DNA from: Hamiltosporidium tvaerminnensis FI-OER-3-3
Lineage: Eukaryota; Fungi; Microsporidia
NCBI GenBank assembly: GCA_022605425.2
Contig: JAKIMF020000007.1
Coordinates: 372,001-436,000, forward strand
Length of the DNA stretch: 64,000 bases
Direction of reading: 5' to 3'
A program made the translations under genes and the position numbers. The stretch's first letter is position 1; every line of letters starts with the position of its first letter. Of the stretch, positions 38,101 to 49,269 are shown piece by piece. The notes beneath the pieces are model-generated. The model searched no databases. It was not told where the DNA came from and saw only the letters and a list, made by a program, of their open reading frames with translations.

Positions 38101-41100
38101 ATTTTCAAGATCGGATAAGCGTGATTTGATAAATGAAATTTAAGCGAAAAATATTTAATTTATAACGATTTATGAATAAATTTTCGTTGAGTTTTCATTT
38201 ATAGGTTTTTTTTCATTTTAACCCAATAATTCATTTATTGATCCGAATATATTTTTTTTGCAATTTAAATAATTTATTTTAACAATAATTTTTGTAATTT
38301 TTTTAAAAAAATATAACTTTTAAATTGTCAATTAATATGAATTATATTTTTGGCCTTTAAACTCAATTATAAGATATGATTCGATTTTTATTTTATTTCT
38401 TGCATATTAATTGACTATAATTCAATTTGCTTTTTCTTTCGTTGTTTTGTTTTATGTAATTTTTTGCATGAGAAGTTGAAAATCAGATATCATATTTCGC
38501 AATATATTTTCTTTCTCGTCGGATGGGCTTTTCCGTTATAATATTATAATATATCAATGCATTTCATCAAATCCAAAATACCCTTATTATAGCTTTTAGG
38601 TCTTGAGCTGAATTAAAAAGAATATTTGGCTCTAAAATTCATGCCTAAATGCTCTTTAATAGTTATAGATGAGAGAAATGCGTTTTTTTGTCTGATATGT
38701 TAGGGTAAACAAATTATATTTTGTAAAATTACAACGATTCACTTTAACTTACCACAAAAGAAAAATTTTGAATTTTATCTATAACCGAAGCAAGTTGGGT
38801 TTATATTCTAATAGAATTATGTAGGTTTAGTTTGATTAAGTGTGGGAGTTGATATTAACTACAGATTTGTTTTTTAAGGTATTTTTTTTACATCATTTTT
38901 CTATATAATCATAAGTTAATTCTATAAATCTTAGTCGAAATATTAATTAGAGTATTATTGATTCTATACCGTGCTTTTTTAAGTGAAATTTTTAGTTATT
39001 TCCTTTCTCTACGGATGGAACACACTAACAGTGAATCATAGGTTCGCCGCCTAATAGATGTCCCAAAGACGATTTTTATTTGATAGGTTGGGGTGTCAGT
39101 CTCACGAAAACTTTCCGAATGAAAGATAAAAATTTCAACAACTGGAGATCGAACCCGTCTTAACTGATTTTATAAAACCTAAATAGTTAAAAACAATTTA
39201 AAATATCTAAATTTTTATTTTTTTAAAAAATCATACAAAAATCGATCTTCAAACTTAATTTTTTTTTAAAAAGCGTAGTTGTAGTTTTCCACTTTGATTC
39301 TTTAGAATATTAATTGAGCGCCTGCCCTATTCACAGTATAAAATGAATTTTTTTTTCAATAGTTTTGTTTTTGATAGATATAAACAAATACTTTGATGTA
39401 ATTATACCTTTTGCTGTTGTATGATAACTTAGACTCGAAACTAATAATATGTTGGGTATTATAAGAAAGAAACCGGATAATATTTTCTACATTATGCTTA
39501 GTGAATCTATTTATCTAATGATTCTCAATTTTCTTTGCAAGAAATCTACAAATTATATTTTTTAGAACATGTTTTTTTAAGAAAACCATCTGTTTGATAG
39601 TAATATTAATACAACTAATTATTTTTTTTTTTGATTTTTCCTTCATAATCTGATTGTTTCATTGTATTTCTTTTTTCTCTACTTATATAATAGTCGCCCG
39701 GGTGGTTTTGTATCTAGCCAAAACACAAAACTCGCTTTTTTTTATACAATTTCCTTTTTTTAGATTTTATCTCAATTAAAATATAGTCTAAGAAATCAGC
39801 TTCTTATTCTTATGCATATTGAATACAACAAGTACACTGTTATATGTTAATTGGTTTTATAAAACGGCTTTTTTTGTACAATAGTTATTAAATGATTTTA
39901 CAGCTCTTAGCAAACTTTCTCTGTATTCAAAGAAGCTCATTAGATTGGTTTTATTTCAATATATATAGTTAAATATTAGTTCAAAAAGAATGGCTTTCTC
40001 GAAATCGGATCATGTCTTTATCCACAGAGTTTTTGCTAGTCACATCTTTTTATGTATTTTTGAGCTCAGAGCTAATCGAAATTTTACTTCTTTTATATTA
40101 AGATCAGTGAAAAATTGTATTTTAGATGTGCTTATATTTAGTAGTTTAAAATATAATTTAGGTTCTGGAATATACTTTGTCTAGGTTGGACTTTAATATT
40201 TTATTATTTGACTGAAAAAAGCGTTATTATTCCAAATAAAATCCAAAGACATTTTTTTGTGCATTTCTATGGACATTTCCCTTTTTATTCATTTTTTTTG
40301 GTATACAAGTGTATGTTTGAAGATTTTTAAATTCATAGATTAAAAGCAAAGCAAAAGGATAACAAAAAACAAAATTTGATATGAATAAAACATGGAGTGG
40401 TCTGCAAGGGAATGTAATGCATTTTGGCAAGGAAATCTTTTATGGCTACAGTTTAAGTTTAATGCACAGAGAAAAAGCTTGGATATTATTTTGTGCCCTT
40501 ATTTCCGCAAAGCTAGATTCTATTACTGGATATATATTTCGTAGTAAAAATCACAATGCTTTACTAATAAAAAAGAACATTTGAAACCATTTTCGGAATT
40601 TTTTTCATTAAACAGTACGTAAGTGGTAAAATTTATATCAACCAAATTATTATTATCTAAAACTTTTAGAAAGCTATAAAGTTTCAAATTTTCAAAGAAT
40701 CGACATTTAAAAAGAAAATCCAAGAATACACTCTGTCTCAATATTATAAAAGGTTTATTTTTTTTGCATCTATGAAAAATATGTTTATATTTGAGTAAAC
40801 TCCTGCACAGTTAAAATATGTTTTATTCATGTGAAATTCATACCAGAAATCATATATATGGCAATTTTAGCAGTCTAATATATAAAATAAATCTTTTGAA
40901 AATATTAACCGTTTAGCTACTAATTCATACTTGATTTTAGATCCGAAATTTTAGCGAACTTGCACATAAGTTTTAAAACGAAAATCTTTATCATTGCACA
41001 TAAATATACCAACTGAAAATCTTATTACGAACCAGAAAACCATAATGTTACTGGTAAAAACCAAGCCATCATCGTTTGCATACACAAGCTAATTTCTATG

Positions 41101-42162
41101 TATTTCAAGTTGAAATTTCATTTCATATCTCAGCTTAAAATTGTAAAGTTTAAATATACAAACATATTTATAAATAAATGTTCTAAACAAGCTGATATAA
41201 TATAAAATCGTAATACAGGCCTTAATGTATCAATTCTTCTATCAATAAAACATATGCCTTTTTGTTCATTATAGTCTTTAATACCCATCCGATTCATCTT
41301 AAAAAACATATCAAAGTGTAGTCTTTTGGATGAATTTGTATATTTCTTAGGTTTCATAAATTCTTCTGCTTCTTTAGAAGAAAATTGGTTAGTAATCAGA
41401 TGAAGTTGCTCTGTTTTTTATTTAGTTATATCATATTTTTGTATACGAATAGTTTGAGTATATTCTATTCATGATATTAACGTATTGATATATTCAATAT
41501 AAATAATCTCTTTTTCAATACCTCATCAGGATTTCTATGATACTGCGACTTCAAGCTTTTGATCTAAAATTATGTAAAACCTATTTATGAACAAGTAAGT
41601 TTCATGTAATTCGTTAATTTTGTTGACATTCTGTGATTACAGGTCGAAGCTTACTTTAGACTCATCTAAAACGAACAACATACCCTTATTCTTGAATTTT
41701 CAAACCAAATAGACCCCCAATAAGCTATATCTCGGCTACTTATATGAATCCCACCATGACTATACAATCTCATACTAACAGATATGACTTGCTATTTGGA
41801 ATTTCTGTGTTTTTAAAGGGTATATTTTTTGTAGCACATAGGCGTAATGGCTCCTAAGCCCAGTAAAGTTGGTTTTCTATGTTTTTTCATGAAAATATCG
41901 CACAAATTCTGTCGTGGCTTACGATATGGCTATATAAAAAACTTCAAAAAAAAACAGTTTTACAATTTTATAAATCGTTTCCATATTTTACAAATTTTTA
42001 ATTACAGCCGAAAATTCGGTTGTATTTTAGTTCACAGAAATTCTAACGAGTATTACAAACCAATTTGTTATAATTTATTAACAAAATTTTTTAAAATGTG
42101 ATTTCTCTCCACCTAACATAACCAATCATACAAAATTATATTTAAAATATATTTCAAAAAAG

Positions 42163-42165
42163 CCC
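42163..42165 (+). promoter_or_regulatory. Microsporidian-type CCC motif just upstream of the start codon
   Basis: AAAAAGCCCATAATG after an AT-rich tract. CCC-like motifs near the ATG are a known microsporidian gene signal. AATAAA overlaps the stop at 42545-42550. Confidence 0.6.
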
Positions 42166-42168
42166 ATA

Positions 42169-42549
42169 ATGGACTCTGAACTTCAACAAACATTAGATTC
42201 TTTAAAACATAAACTAACAACATATAAAAGAGCATTTATAAATAAAATAAGAAAAGATTATCAAGACTTTTTATCGTCAAATAAAGAAGAACTTTCGAAA
42301 ATGACTTTATATTCATTTTCTAAATCTTTAAATAAGGGATTTTTAGGGAAAAAAATTCTTATAAAAAATGCCTCTAAAAAACGTGATACTAAAAATATTA
42401 GATCTTCTATTGCAATAAGTATAGGAGATAGACAGATAATATATAATGGGAATACTTTCACATCTAATTTGGGTGATGAAATAAATGATCCCGAACTTTT
42501 AAATGTTGTAAATGTTATCAGACAAAAGTTTGATAAGAAAACCGAATAA
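42169..42549 (+). CDS. 126-aa protein, candidate highly reduced Borealin/Nbl1-like chromosomal passenger complex subunit
   Basis: Gene status is well supported by CCC-ATG and a stop-overlapping AATAAA. N-terminal amphipathic helix ending EELSKMTLYSF, basic linker, C-terminal SIAISIGD..INDPELLNVVNVIRQKF. The product call is by-eye similarity only. Confidence 0.6.
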   Translation: MDSELQQTLDSLKHKLTTYKRAFINKIRKDYQDFLSSNKEELSKMTLYSFSKSLNKGFLGKKILIKNASKKRDTKNIRSSIAISIGDRQIIYNGNTFTSNLGDEINDPELLNVVNVIRQKFDKKTE

Positions 42550-44567
42550 ATTATAAATTTACTATTATTTTTTAAAAACTTCTTTCAAATTGAAATCTTT
42601 AACTTATATAAGAATATTTTGTAAAAATAATGTATAAATCAATATTCTCTATCCAAAGATAAAGATAGTAGTATCGTTATTAAGTCACTAATCTTAATTG
42701 GTTAAAGTAAAAAAATTAAAATTTTCTGTATTTTCTTACAAAAAAGTGATTAGTTTAGGAGAAATTAAGGAAAATCATTTCTGAATTAAATTTTGTATTC
42801 AACAAATAAATTATAATCTTAGGTTTCTTTAAATTAATGTAGTTATGATTTACTCTATTATATCCTTTTAGGTAATTAATCAAAATAGGATTGTTTTATT
42901 CCTTGGATTCTAATATTGGCGATTCAGAAATCTTTATAGATAAATTATTTTTAAAAAATTCATCGTCAGAATAGGCGCTAGGCATAAGATTGCTATATTG
43001 CTAAAGTACTTCCAATTTAAAACTGGTGTGTAACAATCAAAAAGTTTCTTCTTTTTTCCTAAAAAAAGCAAGTGGTTAAATTTAATATTTTTTTTTTCAC
43101 AAAAGAAGAATTAATCAAGTTTAAAAAATTAAAGATGCATGAGACATTTTTTTAGTAAAATTAAATGTCTCAACAATATTTTTTTGGAACAGGTTAATTA
43201 AACTTTGGCTTTCAAGTGACTGTAAATATATGCTATTCTGGTTGTAGTATTAATGATTTATTCGACAATAAATTATTATCTCGATAAATAATTTGAGAAT
43301 TATTTTGAATAAAAAGATATTCTTAGACGCAAATAATTATTGTATGATCTTAAAGAACATAAATAATTTCTTTTTGGAAAATATCTTTGTCCATCTTTTT
43401 CAGCTGATTATATATTTTAAAATAATAGGTACTAATTCGTAAATAAACAAATATTTCAAAGTGTTTATATTCACTTCATAAATGATTTTATTCTTTTTAA
43501 AATATAATATTCAGAATAATATTTTTATTTATATCTTTTTAATAATTAAAAAACAAATTTGATTTTTTTCAATAAACTTTGCACTGAAATTAAAAAAAAA
43601 CGTTTTTGTTTCTATAAATAAATTATAAATTATGTTTAAATAAATCAATTACTTAATTGCTTATAATATATAGAAATAATTCAATCATATTTTCTTATAG
43701 CTTATAACTACATTTTTTTAAGCTTTTAAACTTTTACAAAATATAAATAAATATTTTCTTTTTACTTCAAATTATAAGATAAAAAATGTATAAAATATAT
43801 GAGAAGTATGAAAACTGAATGTTTCTGTTCTTTTTAATTTTTATAAATTATATCATATCTTATTCTTTTTTTAGCATTCTTTTTCGTTTGAAGAAATGTA
43901 AAAAAAAATAAAAACTAATTAAAAGAGCTATTTTATATATATTGAGTATTGGATCTCGGTATTCGGAAAACTGTACAGTTAGATTATATACTTTTTAATA
44001 TAATTGACTATCACAAGGTTTTTTAAAGAAAAGAAATTCTTGTGATAAATTAAGAAGAATAGCATTTTTAAGTTTTGGTAAAAAATAGGATTAAAACATG
44101 AATGAAATTAAAAGTTCTTAAAGAAATAAAAGAATTTAAAGCAAATAAATTTTTTATGAGAATAAAGACAAAAAAAGAGATTTAAAAGTTTTGTAATATA
44201 TAATTTATATCAAATATTCATAATAAATAAACTAGAATTATAAAGAATTAGTATCTTAGAAGAAATCGTCCTTTTAAATACAATAGTTGTAAAATAAGAA
44301 ACCGATTTTCCATTTTAGTGGCTAGGTATTAGAAGCAAATGCATCTATTTTTTGCAACATTGATATTCAACCATTTAAATAAACATTCCTCTCGACTCAA
44401 TACACCAAAATAATTTTTGAAATAATGATTTTATTCAACCTGCTAAGTATTAGAAAATTTTATACTGTTTCATACCTAAGCGAGTTATGCTTTATAATTA
44501 GGTTATTAAACCAAAAATGTTATCGGAACTCAATGCTTATAATAATATAAAATTTTAGTAAATTTGA

Positions 44568-47500
44568 ATGGGTAGAAGGAAAAAAATAGAGAGCGGAAAT
44601 ATAAGAAATAAAAAAAAAGGCTGTAAACAACTTGGAGAACAGCGCAGGATAGATTTTGATGTGTGATGTAGATGTAGCAATGTTATCCGAGAGACTTTCA
44701 CCTCCACCGACCTTCCATGACACCACCCACCAACCACCAAGCAGTAGTTGCCAGACTAGTCCAGTCTGCTTAGTTGACACCATACCCTCGTCTTCTGGTA
44801 CCGATGCCACTGCGTTTAAACTAGCCAACAGAATGAAAAACCTCAATACAGATGCCATTATAGAAGGGAATCGACCGATGATAGTGCACTCTTTACTCGA
44901 CTCTGTCACTGTCGTAGAGCAGGAATGGCCTAGATCTGCTATTCTAGCAGTGCAAAAGAGGTTTGAGAGAATGCCCAGAAATGGCTGGATAGAGCTTCAC
45001 TGGTACTAAAATGAGAAATCCGGCTGCACTGAAACTCTCGAAGTGTTAAAAAAATTGGCACAAAATAAGGCAGAAAGGGAATAAGGCTAAAAGAGAATAG
45101 AGCGACGTAGAATCGCCACTTGTCTCACTGAGCTTAGCACCCTGAGTGACACCACGGAGTACATAAACCTGAGAGATAAATTTTTGAGTAAAATAAAAGA
45201 AATCTCGAAGAAGGAAATTGGAAAGGTGGTGGTCCGAACTCGAAAGCTTCCAAGTGAAATTGTTGGGTAAGGTTTGGACCTTATTAATCGAATTATCGGT
45301 GAGTATGCTGATTCTTATGTGCCGATGACGATAACTGCTGTGGCACGGATAATCCGGGCAGCCCAGGTATGCTATGACGAGGCAACACGCAAAGAGAAGC
45401 CTAGATTCGCTTGGAAGGAAAACATAAAAAGTAAAATTTCTAAGTTAGTACTTTCCAAAGATCTTCTCGAGAAGGCTCGTAAGCAGGAAAAGCTCTCCAC
45501 TTCGGAAACGAAGAGCCTTAAGAAAATCATGCGAGAGTTTAATTTAAACTTGAGCAGCGTAACTGATCTTTCTGAGGCTTTAGTTAAGAAGAATGAGTCT
45601 TTGAATGTGTACGAGAAAAAATTACGATGCATGAAAGTAGGAAGCAATTCCGAAAAGATAATCGTATGTTTGAGCTTTTCCGAGGGCGATTTTATCGTGG
45701 GTTATCTGGGCGTGTGGAATCCGAGCATGTGGTGAGTCGTGATGAAATTGTGAGTTTTTGGTCTACAATGTGGAACAAAAATGATGACACAGTCACGTAT
45801 GATGATTATTTGATTCCTTTTGTATCAGATAATTATCCAGCCACGTTTCCTATACTTGATGAATTTGTAAATATCATTAATTGGCTTCCCAATTGGAAAG
45901 CTGCTGGAATTGATAGTATTTACAATTTTTCATTAAGAAACTTACAACTCTTCACAAATATATTTATGATATTGTGAAAGTTATATGTTTAGAAGGAACA
46001 CTTCAAGCTGATTGGTTTTACTGCGGGCTTACGTATTTGAATCCTAAAGGAATTACATGAAGAGACTCTGACTATAGGCCAATCACTTGTATGTCCAACC
46101 CTAATAGTTAACGACAAAGTGTGTAACGAAAGTCGTTCAAGTTGAAGTGGAAAGGCATGGGTTGCTTGCGGAGAACCAGCTGGGAGAAGTTAGAGGCGTG
46201 CAGGGAGCGAAAGAGCATGCTCTACTTAATATTGCCCCAAAATAAAGAGTACGGAAACAATCTTGAGGCAACATGGATTGATGTTAAAAAGGCTTATGAT
46301 CAAATAGAACATGCTCATTTAACTCAATGCATTGAAAACCTAAATTTACCTGATTGGATTATGAAATTTATTGAGGCAATTATATCAAAATGGAAAATTG
46401 ATATATCAGTAGGGCCTACAAAAATCATGAACCAGAAGATTGAGAGAGGGATTCTACAAGGAGATAGTCTGTCACATTTGTTATTTGTGTAGTGTATGGA
46501 TCCATTAAGCCAAAAAGCTTAATGAAAAATACACAGAAGTGCAGTACAAACAGATGCAGAATCCCATTCTACTAATCATCTCTTGTTTATTAATGATCTT
46601 AAGCTCCTCGCTAAAGACATTTTGACATTGAGTGCTATGACAGACGAGGAAAAGGAATTTTTAAAGGTGATTGGGTTAGAGATTAACAAAGAGAAGTCCG
46701 CCACAAATGATACATGTTGTGGTGATACTGCTACTCTTCTAGAAAGTGTTAGTGTTTACAAATATTTAGGAATAATAGAAGATAGCAGAGGAATCCCAAC
46801 ACGTAGCTCATTTGAAGAAGTACAGAGCAAACTTATATCAAGAGTTGAAAGACTTTGTCACACTAGATTAAATGCAAAAAATTTATTTTCTGCAATCAAT
46901 CAACATGCGATATCGTTAATCAACTACCACATAGGAGTACTTCGACTTGAACCGGCTGACTTCTCTAAGTTAGATGATGCAGTGCGTGCGGTGTTGGTTA
47001 AAAATAAGATACATCTCCGCCCAGGATGTAAAGAGCGGTTGTATCTTCCTAGAACAGAACTTGGAAGATGCCTACATAGTGTTGAGTTGCGAAGCGAACA
47101 TATGCTTCTGCAACTCTTGGATTGTCTGGAAAAAAGTAAAGAAATATCAACTAGACGAGCAGCAATCCTCGAGGTGGAGAATAATAATAAATCCCATCTT
47201 GCACTAATAAAAGGCTTCTTAAAAGTAAAGTACAGGTTGATAGAAGAAGTCACTAAGAAAAGTTTAGAAGAAGCTCAACTTGCAAAACTATATAACGAAA
47301 TAGAAAAACGAAAACTTCATTCAAAGTTATATAATGCAGGAAAAAATGAGCTTGTGAGTGTTAGTGACTCTTCAATATGGCTAAAGAGAGAGAATATTAG
47401 GCATAGCAATGAAGCCGTGTTCTGCTATATCCAGGATAGAAATGTATTCTGGGGAGCAGATGGTATGTGCCAACACTGCAATAAATCTGGTAAGACTGTA

Positions 47501-48340
47501 GATCATATAACAAATCGATGTGAAAAAATGCTAGTCCATGACTATACCAGACCGCATAATAAAGTGATTAGATGCCTACACCTACTTCTCCTAAATAGAT
47601 ATAAGTTTAAGTCTTCGAAACGAATTAGGAGTCACTCAGTTCAAGAAATTCTCGATAATGAGTATGCAGAGATAAGAGGGGACACCAGAATGTAAACTGA
47701 TGTTAAAATTCGAATAACAGACCCGACATATATATTTTAGATAAGAAGAAGAATAAGATAACACTCTTGAAGTAGGAATCACTTCCCAAATTCACTTGAA
47801 ATAGTTGAAACTGAAAAACTTAGGAATTATGACCTGCTAGCCAATGAGTTGGGTCTTATTTATAAGTTTAGTGTTGAGATAATCCCTTATGTGATAACCT
47901 GGGACAGTATTGTGACAAATACCATAAATTCCATCTTAAAAGACTAGAAATACCCATAAATGTAAGGCATACATTCAGTCTATAGCACTTAAGAAGACGG
48001 TCGAAACAACTTCCTTTAATCGACGAAGAGGACTTGAGTCAGGACTAAATGCCGAAGAGAGCTGGGAGAGAGCGTCAATGGGTGTTATTATGAGAGCAGA
48101 GATGCATGAGGAACCAATACCCTCTTTAAAAGAAGAGAAGAGAGAAGAAGATGGTGCAAAAATTTTAAACCTAAAAATAATGCACCCCTTATTTCACAAG
48201 GAGGAACCACTTTAGAGGAACCGACTAATACATAAATGAAGAGTAGAATTTGGAAGAAAAGACAGCAGTGGTTAAAGAGGTAGAAGAAAAAGCATAAAAA
48301 TAGTAAAAATATTTTAACCCAGAATTTTATTAATAAAAAA
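44568..48340 (+). mobile_element. RLE non-LTR retrotransposon copy D, full length, heavily disabled mosaic
   Basis: Begins ATGGGTAGA at 44568. ORF fragments 44656, 45274, 45627, 46142 and 46583, then a frameshifted RLE. RT motif reads FIND (catalytic D>N). Family 3' terminus at 48314-48340. Confidence 0.95.
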
Positions 48341-49257
48341 AATATATTTTCTTGAGATGTTTTAAAATTTAATTTGTAAATTTGATTTTTGATGATAGAC
48401 TAAAATAGTAATTCGACAAAGCCTTCGTCAGTAATTTAAAACAATATGTTTTAGATTTGATAAATTCGTACAAGATTATTTGTCAAGTATATATAAATTA
48501 CTCGCATATAATATTAGCATTTTACGATTTTTTGATTAAAAAAATTATTGTATGAATTGTGATGTAATTTAAAAATTTGAATGTTAAAAACATCTTCTGT
48601 ATAATATATAATTTACTGATATTAAAGTATAATATTAAGAATAAAATGAATTTTAAAGCCAGTATATTCGATAATATAGGTAGAAATATTTTCAAAATAG
48701 TTAAAATTGTTTATTTCAGTTATTTTACCTGAATGCACATGCGCTCCAAAATTTTATATTAAGTTAACTTTAAAAATTAAAGGATTAGATGTAATTGAAA
48801 CAATTAAAGCTAAACTGATAAACAAAGAATTGGATTGCAAAAACCTTTAAGAAAGACTCTTAATATGTATTTTGATTTATTTTTTTAATTATGAAATGCG
48901 TACTATCAAACAGAAAGAAAGTAAATTTTCATGGTTTCTCAAATTAAATTCTATAATTATTACTTTATGAAAATATTTTATATTCTTTAAAGATACTTTT
49001 CGTCGTAGATATATGAATAATTGGTTACAGTAACTTAAAGCTTGCTTAACCCCCCCCCCTATTTCATTTGATCAACATATAATATACAAAAAACAATTTT
49101 GATCTCAAATTTAATCTTTTTATAAAATCAAATAATTTTATGAAGTTTACAAGGAAAATCAACTCAAAACAGTGAGAAAAAACAAAATTATATTTGATTT
49201 TAAGGCAGTAGATTTATCTGCATTTTTTAAAATATTAATACCAATATATAATGAATA

Positions 49258-49269
49258 TTATTATTTCAT
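49258..49269. repeat. Probable target-site duplication of copy E (partner 53080-53091)
   Basis: Identical 12-mer TTATTATTTCAT at both termini. It is AT-rich, so weaker evidence than for copy C, but correctly positioned. Confidence 0.75.

Noticed and set aside
39135-39170. tRNA T-loop-like GGGTTCGATC on the minus strand
   Set aside because: T-stem does not pair; no D arm, anticodon arm or acceptor stem.
49046-49059. TTAA followed by a C10 run upstream of copy E (piggyBac end or promoter?)
   Set aside because: No matching inverted terminus; ~210 bp from the ATG and outside the TSD. Treated as a simple homopolymer.
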